Shown here piece by piece: positions 34,826 to 47,058 of a stretch of 64,000 nt of DNA. The position numbers were made by a program, and so were the translations under genes. Below the pieces are notes generated by a model, which was given only the letters and a program-made list of their open reading frames with translations, was not told the origin of the DNA and made no database searches. Source of the stretch: Meyerozyma guilliermondii (Eukaryota). The DNA is taken from assembly GCA_051546255.1 (NCBI GenBank), contig CP128819.1:248001-312000 (forward strand), read 5' to 3'. The stretch's first letter is position 1; each line of letters opens with the position of its first letter.

Positions 34826-35734
34826 ATGAATTCTAATAATGAGTACTCGTATCACGTACCTGACGGCAAGGATAAGGATATACTAGACCAGTATGACTCC
34901 AATGTAGGTACTTCTCCATATTCGGCTCCACTAGATTCGTCAGCTATGCCTAACGGGTTCCTTGGCCATGTCTTGGATCAAGACATGTATATCAAACAAG
35001 AAGACGACAACAACACCCTCACCCAGGCCGCACGTGATACAAGGTCTAATGGGGTGCAACTGCTGATTAAAGAAGACATGTTCCAAGAGACTGGCATGGG
35101 CGGGTTGGGAGCGGTATTTCCATTCGAGCCTATATCACCGCAATGGCCCGCAAACATGCCCTGGGACTTGAGTGACCAGAGTCCGCAAACACGTCTACTG
35201 CCACAGGAGCCCCAGCCTGCCCAGACATCCCAGATAACCCAAAATAAACCATTAAGCAGAACACTGTGGAGATTACCTACTCAGCTGCAAAATTTCCACG
35301 AGCACCGAGATTCTCACGGAAGCCACCCCGGCAGCAGCGGCTCAGAAAGTCGTCATGCCAGCACCAGCGAGGTGAACACGGATCGGGTGCCGGGCAGATC
35401 GGCACACAATATCATTGAACAGCGTTATCGAAACAAAATCAACGATCGCTTCGACGAGCTTCTGGCATGTGTACCGGCACTCCGGGCTGCTTACCGGCGT
35501 CGCAGTACTTTAGACGGTGTCAAGGCAGACGAAGACGAGGACGAGCCAGGCGGGTCCGACGAAGACTTAGAAGGACTTGCGCCCGCCAGAAAATTAAATA
35601 AGGGCACCATACTTGAAAAACTGGTGGAATACATCGAGTTTCTCAAATTGAAAAATGCCCGTATAATGAAGGAACGAGAGAAACTACTAGAGCAGGCGCG
35701 CATGATGGGGCTTCGGGTGGATGACGATGAGTGA
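34826..35734 (+). CDS. HMS1: SREBP-like bHLH transcription factor without transmembrane segment
   Basis: RSAHNIIEQRYRNKINDRFDELLACVP with the SREBP-type Tyr, and KLNKGTILEK(S)VEYI. RMT2-HMS1-ERG11-THR1 order matches that recalled for C. albicans. Confidence 0.75.
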   Translation: MNSNNEYSYHVPDGKDKDILDQYDSNVGTSPYSAPLDSSAMPNGFLGHVLDQDMYIKQEDDNNTLTQAARDTRSNGVQLLIKEDMFQETGMGGLGAVFPFEPISPQWPANMPWDLSDQSPQTRLLPQEPQPAQTSQITQNKPLSRTLWRLPTQLQNFHEHRDSHGSHPGSSGSESRHASTSEVNTDRVPGRSAHNIIEQRYRNKINDRFDELLACVPALRAAYRRRSTLDGVKADEDEDEPGGSDEDLEGLAPARKLNKGTILEKLVEYIEFLKLKNARIMKEREKLLEQARMMGLRVDDDE

Positions 35735-35767
35735 GTGAGAAAAGTTACGGACGAGTGAAGATTCGAG

Positions 35768-37755
<1,988 letters not shown>

Positions 37756-37870
37756 GTAAATACATGTTAATAGAAGTGTACTCGGGCCTGTACCGGCATC
37801 GTAAAAATGTATGGGTGTTGGGGTGTGACTCCATATCTGTCCACGCCAAGATAGAAAGTTTGCAGTCACC

Positions 37871-38923
37871 ATGAGTCAGTTCAAAATCAAAGTACCAGCC
37901 TCGCTGGCCAATATTGGACCTGGTTTTGATGTTTTGGGTATTGGTTTACAGTTGTACCTCGAACTAGAGGTATCTATACGTCCAGAAGTCGACACTTCCT
38001 CGGATCCATACAACGTCAAACTCAGTTATGAAGGTGATGGTGCCGAAAATGTACCACTCAACTCGGGAAAAAATCTTGTTACACAGACTGCCTTGTACAT
38101 AATGCGCTGTAACAACATTGAGAAGTTTCCAAATGGTACTCATCTCCATGTAATCAACCCCATTCCGTTGGGCCGTGGGTTGGGGTCTTCGGGAGCAGCC
38201 ATAGTAGGTGGAATAATGCTTGGAAATGAAGTTGGAAAGCTAGGATTCACCAAGGAGCGAATGTTGGACTACTGCTTGCTCATCGAGAGGCACCCAGATA
38301 ACATAGCTGCTGCGATGCTTGGAGGATTTGTTGGTTCGTATCTCAACGAATTGAGCGAAGAAGAAACTAAAGCAAAGAGCGTTGCATTAGAAAGAATTCT
38401 TCCCAAATTTGGAGTCACCCCAGCTGACCAATACATCCGTACGCCTCCACCAAATCAAATCGGCCAGTATTTGCAATACCAATGGTGTCGTAAAATCAAG
38501 TGTATTACCATCATTCCCGACTTTGAGGTTTCCACCGACACCGCACGGGAGGTGTTGCCTAAATCATACGAAAAGCAAGATATCGTATTCAATCTTCAAA
38601 GATTGGCGGTTTTGACCACAGCATTGACTCAGTCTGAACCTAACCACAAACTTATATACGAGGCCATGAAAGACAAGCTCCATCAGCCCTACAGATCTGG
38701 CTTAATTCCCGGCTTGCAACAAGTTTTGGCCAGTGTTACTCCGGAATCTGATCCCGGTTTGTGTGGTATATGTCTTTCTGGTGCCGGTCCTACCATATTG
38801 TGTTTGGCTACCGAGGGATTCGATGCTATTGCCGACAAGGTGATCAGAATTTTTAAAGACGCAAATGTTACATGTTCATGGAAATTGTTAGATTTGGCAT
38901 ACGATGGTGCTACAGTGGAGTAG
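37871..38923 (+). CDS. THR1: Homoserine kinase
   Basis: VPAS(S)ANIGPGFD, GHMP motif PLGRGLGSSGAA, ERHPDN, DKLHQPYR, LSGAGPT. Confidence 0.97.
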   Translation: MSQFKIKVPASLANIGPGFDVLGIGLQLYLELEVSIRPEVDTSSDPYNVKLSYEGDGAENVPLNSGKNLVTQTALYIMRCNNIEKFPNGTHLHVINPIPLGRGLGSSGAAIVGGIMLGNEVGKLGFTKERMLDYCLLIERHPDNIAAAMLGGFVGSYLNELSEEETKAKSVALERILPKFGVTPADQYIRTPPPNQIGQYLQYQWCRKIKCITIIPDFEVSTDTAREVLPKSYEKQDIVFNLQRLAVLTTALTQSEPNHKLIYEAMKDKLHQPYRSGLIPGLQQVLASVTPESDPGLCGICLSGAGPTILCLATEGFDAIADKVIRIFKDANVTCSWKLLDLAYDGATVE

Positions 38924-39104
38924 AAGCTACAGAAGAACAACTAGACTTAATTAGATCTATGTAAAAAATTTTGTATTGGTTCTCAAGCTTCTTCTCAATC
39001 TTCTTCTCTAGCTTCTCTCCAGCTTCCCTCCCGCACCGCTACACCCGCACTAAATATCTACGCAATGTCCAATCAACATTCACCACACTTTCCCATTTCC
39101 ACCA

Positions 39105-40571
39105 ATGTCCATGAAATCTGACACCAAAACGCCCACCGATCTCCAGAGCCAGCTCCTCACACAAGATCTCCTTTCCAGGTCGTCGTCGCAACCTATTTTT
39201 CTCTCGTCGGTGGAAGTGGTAGGTGGTGATACTTTCTCCAGAGAGTTTTTTGGCCGGATTCTTCGACCATTGGTGGACGAAAGCGACTATACATTGGGCC
39301 GATTGCTCGAGAATGTCGATTCCTCTCGTGATAAGCTCGTGAAATCCAATGTTTTCAAGTCGGTGGCGGTTTCACTCCAGTCCGACTACTTGGCTCTGGT
39401 GCCAAAAGACATTGTCAATTACAACAATGAGAAGCCCATCTATGCCAAGGTGCTCTTTGATGTGATTCCAAACAACATCAACGCTGCAGACTTCTTCCTC
39501 AACTACAACACCGACGAGGACCTCAGTGTGACCCTCAATTACCTCAACAATAACCTCAACGAAAATGGCGAGCTAGTCAATGTAGGCGCAAACTACAACC
39601 CATATCCACCCAATCTGCACCTCATTACAAATGCATCTTTGACTTCCAGCTTGGCTGATCCTTCGTTCAAGTTTGCTGTGGATCTTTTCAACACTCACCA
39701 GAACAACCAAAGCTGGCAGCATGCTTCGGAGAATACCGGCGGTGGTTTGATCGGGTTGCGATATACCAGTCCTAGTGATGCGTTCACATCTCTTGTGGGG
39801 GCGCTGATTGCCAAAAGAAACATCCGTGACGTTAACGACGATGCGCTGCAAGACGTCAAAAATTGCCAAGGCGACTTTCTCAAAACCTCCATCGTGAGTC
39901 AATTGCAGTACTCCAAGATTTCTTTCTTGAACAACTACACCAAAAACTTCCCCGTGTCCGGTTTTGATGTGGCTGCGTCGGCAGAATTGGCATCGAACCA
40001 GGAACAATCCATCCCAGACCAGAAAACTTTCGCCAAAATTTCCGTGGCTTCCAGATTCATCGCTTCATATTTTAACAATGCGTTGACGACTCAAGTGAGT
40101 GCAGATTTTGGTGGAATCTTCACCCAAACAGCAGGCGTGCATGTTTCTGACCGGTTTTACTTGGGCGGTCGCCAAAGTTTTCGAGGCTTCTCCAAAAACG
40201 CCGTAGACCCCAATGGAGGAAATCAATTCTACAAGTTGGGCATTACCCTCTACAGCAGGCTACCAAAATTCTTACACTCTACCAAAGCTCCTCTTCAAGA
40301 AGATGGTTTGCCCATTGAGGACCACTCCAATCACGATGAAGCCAACCCGCTTCGCTTGTACGCATCCTCGGCCCTTGCTTCTGTAAGCAACAACATCTTG
40401 CAAGAAGATAACGCAGTTGCCTCAGCTGGATTAGGATTAAAATATGTCAACCACTGGGCCAGTTTGGACCTTGGATATTGGTTTGCTGGAAGATTGGGCA
40501 ACGGCGGCAGGTCTGGCGTTCATGATGGGTTCTCCTTGGCGGTGTCTCTTGGGTCGTCTAACCGCAAGTAG
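39105..40571 (+). CDS. SAM51: Divergent Omp85/Sam50-family mitochondrial outer-membrane beta-barrel
   Basis: POTRA-like N-terminus, DRFYLGGRQSFRGF loop motif, C-terminal beta strands (ASAGLGLKY, FSLAVSLG). The SAM51 name relies on divergence and recalled position downstream of THR1. Confidence 0.7.
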   Translation: MSMKSDTKTPTDLQSQLLTQDLLSRSSSQPIFLSSVEVVGGDTFSREFFGRILRPLVDESDYTLGRLLENVDSSRDKLVKSNVFKSVAVSLQSDYLALVPKDIVNYNNEKPIYAKVLFDVIPNNINAADFFLNYNTDEDLSVTLNYLNNNLNENGELVNVGANYNPYPPNLHLITNASLTSSLADPSFKFAVDLFNTHQNNQSWQHASENTGGGLIGLRYTSPSDAFTSLVGALIAKRNIRDVNDDALQDVKNCQGDFLKTSIVSQLQYSKISFLNNYTKNFPVSGFDVAASAELASNQEQSIPDQKTFAKISVASRFIASYFNNALTTQVSADFGGIFTQTAGVHVSDRFYLGGRQSFRGFSKNAVDPNGGNQFYKLGITLYSRLPKFLHSTKAPLQEDGLPIEDHSNHDEANPLRLYASSALASVSNNILQEDNAVASAGLGLKYVNHWASLDLGYWFAGRLGNGGRSGVHDGFSLAVSLGSSNRK

Positions 40572-40697
40572 ATATTTATACAAAATTTAAGCTTATTATT
40601 GTTACCCAATGCTCTATAAACTGCCGGCCTGCACCTTCTGAATTTCTGCACCTGCCTGGGACTGCGAGATGCGACTTCAGTTCCAGTAGCCATAAAC

Positions 40698-42185
40698 ATG
40701 CTGCACAATGCAACCATAGCGAATGTTTTACATACCATAGACGTATACAAAGGCAGTGTGGCCAACTTTAGAAAAGGAGTGGTAGAAAATGATTACATTC
40801 CACAAAAATGCCGTTATTTTTCGAGAACTTTAGTGTGGAAGACGTTCCTCATCACCGGTAATTTGAAAATACTGACGTGGTTAAAGCTGTTGGAAAGCTC
40901 TAGGGTAGTCTACCATGAACTCACAAAGCGTACTGACATGCTTGTACCGTGGTGGAAACTAGAAAAAGACAGTGTGTACTTTCAAACTGAGTCTGTGTCT
41001 CGCAAGACCAGTTTACGGAGACGAGGCTCCTCACGAATTCTGCGAGGACCAAGCATTAAGAAGCCTTTAGAACGTGTGAAAATAGAGAACAAGGAGTCTC
41101 CGTTGAGCGCTCAACCTTCAAGTCCTCTGGGCGAAGCTGATCATGTGGAGGACTATCTAGAGACGATCATCATGGATGTCGAACGATTATTTCCTGGTGA
41201 AGAATTCTTTAATGCATCGACACCTGTGGCATTAAAAGCCAAGCGAAGCCTCATTGAAATACTTTATATTTTCTCGAAATGTAATCCCCATGTGGGTTAC
41301 AAACAAGGCTTCCATGAAATCTTTGGTTTGATCTACATGAACTTGTACAAAGAAGCAATCGAGATCCCCAATACTAACACCATGACCAACGACGACTACG
41401 AAATACTATCTCTTTATGACATCAATTACATATCGCATGACTTGTTCACGATTTTAAACAAGTTCCTTATCCTGTCCGGCATCACAACCAGATTCTTCCA
41501 AGACGAAGCAAACCTTTGGCGGTCTATTGAACAATTCAATGCTAACCTAATGAAAATTGACCAGCTTATCCATTACAATTTGATAAGTAAACTAAAAATT
41601 CTGTCGGAGCTTTGGGCAATTAGGTTCTTTCGACTTCTCCTCCTTCGTGAGCTTGGCAATGATCTACGGGTCACTAGCCTCTTGTGGGACAAATTTGTGG
41701 TACTAGCGGGAAGCGACGCTGGCATTAGTGCTCTCCCTGATGTAGTCATGTTTGTGGTTGTGGTCCTTCTTATTCGCATCAAAACTGACCTTATCACTTG
41801 CGACTTTGGGGAAGCGCTTTCGTTGCTTTTGCATTACCCTATAAAGGAGCAACTTGAGTCTCCTGACGCATTCAAGTTCATAAAAAGCATACACAAGAAC
41901 GCCGTTGCTCTTTACGAAATTCGAGCTAATGACAAAAAGTTGTACCAATACGGGATTCAGTTGAATGCAAGTGCCAACCCTAGTCTCAAGATTACAATGA
42001 GCTTTAGAGGTAACAGTGTCACCACCGGAAGCCCACGCAATAGCGACGATTCTTCTTCGGTTTCTAGATCTGCTTCCAAAAGTCCTCAGCAATCGCCGCA
42101 AGACTTGCGAGCAGAGAAACTCGCATTTGAAAAACTCCGCCTCGAAATGAGATTGAAGAAGAAGGCACAACTGATCATGAAGTAA
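40698..42185 (+). CDS. TBC-domain Rab GTPase-activating protein (Gyp6-like)
   Basis: Arginine finger IIMDVERL, glutamine finger GYKQGFHE, WAIRFFRLLLLRE, LWD. Confidence 0.85.
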   Translation: MLHNATIANVLHTIDVYKGSVANFRKGVVENDYIPQKCRYFSRTLVWKTFLITGNLKILTWLKLLESSRVVYHELTKRTDMLVPWWKLEKDSVYFQTESVSRKTSLRRRGSSRILRGPSIKKPLERVKIENKESPLSAQPSSPLGEADHVEDYLETIIMDVERLFPGEEFFNASTPVALKAKRSLIEILYIFSKCNPHVGYKQGFHEIFGLIYMNLYKEAIEIPNTNTMTNDDYEILSLYDINYISHDLFTILNKFLILSGITTRFFQDEANLWRSIEQFNANLMKIDQLIHYNLISKLKILSELWAIRFFRLLLLRELGNDLRVTSLLWDKFVVLAGSDAGISALPDVVMFVVVVLLIRIKTDLITCDFGEALSLLLHYPIKEQLESPDAFKFIKSIHKNAVALYEIRANDKKLYQYGIQLNASANPSLKITMSFRGNSVTTGSPRNSDDSSSVSRSASKSPQQSPQDLRAEKLAFEKLRLEMRLKKKAQLIMK

Positions 42186-42313
42186 CAAGAGGCTGGTCAT
42201 ATTGAACTCCTCAATACAACTTTGTACCTTAGCTTAGCATGGACGACCTGCATATATACCGTAACTGATTATCAACTACTTTTCACTTGTTATTTCATCA
42301 CCGTTCCACCACC

Positions 42314-42664
42314 ATGGGTAAGCGGAAATCGTCGGCAAAGCCTCAAAAGAAAATTAAACAAACCCTAGATACCACATTCACATGCTTATTCTGCAATCAC
42401 GAAAGGTCCGTCATATGTACATTAGATAAGAAGAACTCGCTAGGCGAGTTGCATTGTAAGATTTGCGGTCAGACTTTCCAGTCCGCCATCCATTCTTTAT
42501 CACAGCCTGTGGATATTTATTCCGACTGGATCGATGCCTGTGAAGAATTGGCCGAAGAAGCTGAAGAGGGAAATGTCGAAATCGAGCAAGATGAATACAG
42601 TGACGATGACGAACCTTCGTTCAAGCTGAAAAATCGTCCTTTGGACTCTGATGACGAATATTAA
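42314..42664 (+). CDS. ELF1: Transcription elongation factor Elf1
   Basis: [39 protein letters not shown] and an acidic tail. ATG at 42314. Confidence 0.96.
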   Translation: MGKRKSSAKPQKKIKQTLDTTFTCLFCNHERSVICTLDKKNSLGELHCKICGQTFQSAIHSLSQPVDIYSDWIDACEELAEEAEEGNVEIEQDEYSDDDEPSFKLKNRPLDSDDEY

Positions 42665-42796
42665 TAATGTTAGTATCAATATTGTAGACTGTGTGAATAG
42701 TATCAAGGGGTGAGTAGTATTAAGGAGTGAATAGTATAAGTGGACTCTACCACGCTTTCGAAGTTCTTGTAGGTTGATATATTAGTAGGTGCTGCA

Positions 42797-45700
42797 TTAT
42801 TCAGTATGGCTATCTAATTTCGTAATATCGTTCACCACTTCGTCATATAACTTATTGAGTCGTTCGCCATATTCGGGGCTATTAATCTTCTCCAAGGCTG
42901 GGGCGGAAGACTCAAGTGAATTGTCATCGCTACCATATTTGCCGTTCGAATTACCACCTTCATTTGTATCGTCTTGACCAGGCGACTGCTTGTCACCTTC
43001 GTTTTCTTGCCCGTTGGTTTCTTCTTCATGCTTGTTGTCAGCTATCTTCTTAAGCTTCTGCTTGATAACCTCAAAGTCTATGGCATCATCGGAATCTAAC
43101 GATTTGTCCTCACCATCGACATCATGATTCAAGTTGAAAACGTTCTGCACTGTTATACCTTTCTCTTTCAAACTACTCAAGTACTTGATCACCTCATCCA
43201 AATCGGCCAAGTCGACGTTTCTGAGCTTTCTCCTGATTTCTTCTCCGGATATACTAGGATCTTCCTTGTGGAAAGTATGGAATTTCAGCAATGACAGTAA
43301 CTTCATCATGGAGCCCTCCTCTTTATCAAGCTGATTAAGACTGGTACGAGAAGATGTCCTCGACATATTCACAGGTGATTTTCCGATGTTTAGTTCGGTT
43401 GGATTGCCTCGTTGCACTTTCAACTGTTCTTGGACATCATTGGCGTCTCTCTCTGCCTCGTCAATATAGTATTTATTATTTTCATCTTCACTTTGACCCA
43501 TCAACTTCATATTTGGAGATTGGTCGTCAGCTAGTGATGGATCTATCATTTGAAGACCCTTATTAATGGAGGATTCAAGAAAGACAAATCGAATAAGTGT
43601 TTCCTTTCCATCCATGCTCAATTCTTTCCTCAATTGTAATTTGAGTAGTTCCTCGATAGTCATCCGCAATTGCTTTTTGATATTCATGGCTCTCTTGACA
43701 AAATCTTTCACAACAGGGTTGTCCAAGCTAGCCTTGTGTTGTGCCTTCAAGGAAAGAATATCGTTGAGTTGTTCCGTGAGACTGACTTGTGATTCTCCAT
43801 TTTCGATATCGTTCATCGAAACCTTTGGAACTTGGGAAATGTCGGCTATTGCCTTTTCACCACCAGCCAGACTATACAATAGACGCTCCATATTTCTCAT
43901 GGAGTACAAACCTAAGCGTTCTTTGATAACCAAAGGAAACTCATCAAGGTCACAGTCTAAAGTAATCAAAGTCTTGGAGTTTTTGACCGCCTGCAAGAAT
44001 GTAGTCATAGTTGTGAGATCAAGTCTATTGCCCAAAATTGAAAAGTAGCCCAAGTTCTTGCAGAAGGGCAAAATGTTAGCAATCGTTGACAATGAATGCG
44101 GCGAGAGCTCATTATGCTCAAGATGTAATCGAACCAACTTGGGGAATAGAGGGAACTTTGAAGACATATAAGCAACGATTTCACTTTGAGTTTCATTTTC
44201 TTCTTCCTCTGTTGCGACTTCTTCTTCAGCTTGGCTTGAGTGAGGATTGCCGAACAATCTAGAATTATTTGAAAGATCAAGATACTTCAAATTGGGGAGT
44301 CTCATTAATACTGATTCGAGTGTTTCTTTGAATGTATCCGAAAAGCGAAGGTTCGTGGCATTCAAACTCAAGAAAGTAAGCTGCGAGTCAGCAATCTTTT
44401 TCTCAAAATCAGGCTTGCGTTGCTGCTCGAGAAAGATGTTCAAATGAGTCAAAGACAGTAAGTCATTATAGCCTAGATCAATTCCACGAACGAATTTTTC
44501 AAAGAGCCAGCAGTCAACAATGACTCGCAATTGCTTCGCACTGAGTTTATTGTAAGCAAGTCCAAGTCTGTTGGTCTTGATCAGAACGGCCAATTTTATG
44601 AATTTCTCAAACACTTCAAAGTCTGTTATGCAACAACCCGTTAAAATTATTTCCTCAATTCCACTTCTTGCAACTATCGTAGCTGTGAATAAAGACCAAT
44701 CCATGTCGGAACGGTTCTCTTTGTTGCATTCCATTCTTTTAATTTCGGGTTCCTTCTTCGTCTTGCTGTCGGAGGTAGATGGTTTCCGCTTGGTTTTCTT
44801 AAGAATGTTCACAGACAAGGAGGGACATTGAGTGATGTCAAGTTTGTTAAGTTCCTTGTTTCTGGATAAAAACCAGCAGAAAAGCAGCCACCCTTCGTGG
44901 TCGATAGGAGTGTTTCTTAAACTTAACTTTTCAAGCTGTTTCTTCGCACTCATTGCACTTAAAAGGATTTTGAATTGCTCTAGTGACAAAGACACACCAT
45001 CCAAGGAGACGCATATGATGGGGGCAATGCGAATAAAATCTGCAAAGGTCAACACTTCGACCATGGTGGGAGTGGGGTTTTTCATTTGTAAAACAGGAAT
45101 AGGGGCCATAGAGCCCTTGGGGATTTGCTTCATTATTGCTGGAATCGGTAGGATCTCTCTTAGGTGACAGCACCTCGTATACATAACATCGAGGGCCATT
45201 TTTTCTACTGGCAGCTGATACCTGTGTTGCAGATGAGATATCATTGGTTTGTCGACGCCTAGCTTCTTGGCATGCTGGCTGATATCCACATCATTAGCCG
45301 ACTCTTTCGTGGTGTCAGTCTTTTCATCGACTTCTTGGTGGGGCTTTTTGACACTTAATGCGCCAGAGCCTCCAACCACAATACCTCCTCCTCGACCCAT
45401 TAGCGATTTTTCAATTGCAGCTTTGTCCTCTTCAGACAAAGGATGAATGCGGTACGATCCATTGGGAAGAATCTCGACATTACCCTTGCGAGGGTTACGT
45501 GAAGGTATCTGTTGAGGAGGGTCCATGAGAAATGTCAGCGAATGAAATGCCACCGACTTTAGTGGTTTTAAACCGGCAAATTCCTGGGGAGGTGCAGGGG
45601 CCCGCTGATGGACTGAGGGAGACGGTGACAGAGACGCTATAGTAGCGTTGGTTTCAGACATACGTCTAGCTCTGTCGGGGACACCAGGCGCAACCGAGCT

Positions 45701-46645
45701 TCGCCGGCGAAGAAAAGAGGTCAATCTTCCAGCGGCATTTGGTTGTTCTGAAGATGTACCGCTAAAAGCGGACATGTTGATTGGTGAAGGTTCGTTGCTG
45801 TTGAGAAGAGCACCATGATGGTGGTCTGTGCATTCTTTTTCAGCCTTTCCTGCGCAGCAGGGAGGGGGGTGGAGCTTTTCTTGTTTGTAGAATTTGATAT
45901 ACTCTTCGAGTCTGGGATCGTCTGTGTTGGAACTGGGTGTAGACGGCGGTTCCTGTGAGGGTTTAACTGCGGTACCTGGTGCTGACAGGTGTGATGTGGT
46001 TGTGGAGCTTCTTTCTCTTGTGGATAGGCTGTAGTTCTCCTTGAATACCGAATCAGAAGGAGCTGTGGGTATAGGTGGAGGAGATGCTGGGGGCAGTGAA
46101 GTTGGGGGCAGTAATTCTTTATGAACCGACGAAAACTTGCCTTTCAACTTGGAAAATAGACGACCACCCTTTGAAGACGCTGAGCTCCCAGTGCTGTTCA
46201 TACTGGCATTGCTGCTTCTTCGACTCGTGCTCGATGCTAAAGGTGCACTCAGTGATGATCGGCGGTAAGATGTCAATGTTGGTGAGCCCTCTTCATGGAT
46301 TGTGGCCACAGACGGTTTTGTCTTACTCAGAACCGTCTCATTGGTATTAGAAATCGAGGTTTGGAGTTGCGATCCAGGTTCCAAGCTGGAAGTACGCAGT
46401 AGTTTCAGAGGAGTCAGTTTAGACGATGAAGATTGTGATGATTTTTCGCTGCTGGAACGTCTAGAATCTGTGGTTTTCGTGGTCTCCGCTGCATTACTAG
46501 ACCCATTAGGTGGGTTGATTGCAGTGTCACGCAAAAACCAATCGACGTCAGTATTCTTTACACCTTTCAAAAACGCATTTGAGTCGTTCTGGAGAATATC
46601 TTTAATGGATCCGTAATCGAAATCCAGATCTTCATCTGCCAGCAT
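42797..46645 (-). CDS. MHP1: RNI-type leucine-rich-repeat protein, Mhp1-like
   Basis: Ser-rich N-terminus, RVxF-like KSVAF, DPPQQIPSRNPRKGNVE, YTRCCHLREILPIP and multiple LRRs. First ATG is at 46645. Confidence 0.8.
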   Translation of the reverse strand: MLADEDLDFDYGSIKDILQNDSNAFLKGVKNTDVDWFLRDTAINPPNGSSNAAETTKTTDSRRSSSEKSSQSSSSKLTPLKLLRTSSLEPGSQLQTSISNTNETVLSKTKPSVATIHEEGSPTLTSYRRSSLSAPLASSTSRRSSNASMNSTGSSASSKGGRLFSKLKGKFSSVHKELLPPTSLPPASPPPIPTAPSDSVFKENYSLSTRERSSTTTSHLSAPGTAVKPSQEPPSTPSSNTDDPRLEEYIKFYKQEKLHPPPCCAGKAEKECTDHHHGALLNSNEPSPINMSAFSGTSSEQPNAAGRLTSFLRRRSSVAPGVPDRARRMSETNATIASLSPSPSVHQRAPAPPQEFAGLKPLKSVAFHSLTFLMDPPQQIPSRNPRKGNVEILPNGSYRIHPLSEEDKAAIEKSLMGRGGGIVVGGSGALSVKKPHQEVDEKTDTTKESANDVDISQHAKKLGVDKPMISHLQHRYQLPVEKMALDVMYTRCCHLREILPIPAIMKQIPKGSMAPIPVLQMKNPTPTMVEVLTFADFIRIAPIICVSLDGVSLSLEQFKILLSAMSAKKQLEKLSLRNTPIDHEGWLLFCWFLSRNKELNKLDITQCPSLSVNILKKTKRKPSTSDSKTKKEPEIKRMECNKENRSDMDWSLFTATIVARSGIEEIILTGCCITDFEVFEKFIKLAVLIKTNRLGLAYNKLSAKQLRVIVDCWLFEKFVRGIDLGYNDLLSLTHLNIFLEQQRKPDFEKKIADSQLTFLSLNATNLRFSDTFKETLESVLMRLPNLKYLDLSNNSRLFGNPHSSQAEEEVATEEEENETQSEIVAYMSSKFPLFPKLVRLHLEHNELSPHSLSTIANILPFCKNLGYFSILGNRLDLTTMTTFLQAVKNSKTLITLDCDLDEFPLVIKERLGLYSMRNMERLLYSLAGGEKAIADISQVPKVSMNDIENGESQVSLTEQLNDILSLKAQHKASLDNPVVKDFVKRAMNIKKQLRMTIEELLKLQLRKELSMDGKETLIRFVFLESSINKGLQMIDPSLADDQSPNMKLMGQSEDENNKYYIDEAERDANDVQEQLKVQRGNPTELNIGKSPVNMSRTSSRTSLNQLDKEEGSMMKLLSLLKFHTFHKEDPSISGEEIRRKLRNVDLADLDEVIKYLSSLKEKGITVQNVFNLNHDVDGEDKSLDSDDAIDFEVIKQKLKKIADNKHEEETNGQENEGDKQSPGQDDTNEGGNSNGKYGSDDNSLESSAPALEKINSPEYGERLNKLYDEVVNDITKLDSHTE

Positions 46646-47058
46646 GGTTAGAGCCAGAATATGGTGTGGTTTCACGGTCGGAAAAAATCTAAATTTTATT
46701 ACTTCCGAGCCGTAGAGGCGCCTCTAAGTTTATCTTCTTTCTGGGGAGCGGAGATTCTGACTGCATACAGGAGGGCTATTTTCTCGACTGCAGGTAGTAA
46801 ACTATAAGCCTGCAAGATTGCATTATGGGCAGTCTTAATCCAAATAAAAAAACTACTGATTCTTTCCCAATGTATAGGACCTTTAAAGGGCTTAAAACGC
46901 GTTAGTCCAAAGTGCTCCTTCATCAAGAGTATCTTCTATTCCAAGACCCAATAACATTCTAAACTTAGTGTAGACGGTTCATAGTGGAACACTCATTAGT
47001 AGTTCTTGATATTATTTTCCACATCGACACCACGTTTCTTCGGCCGTACTCTAAATTC

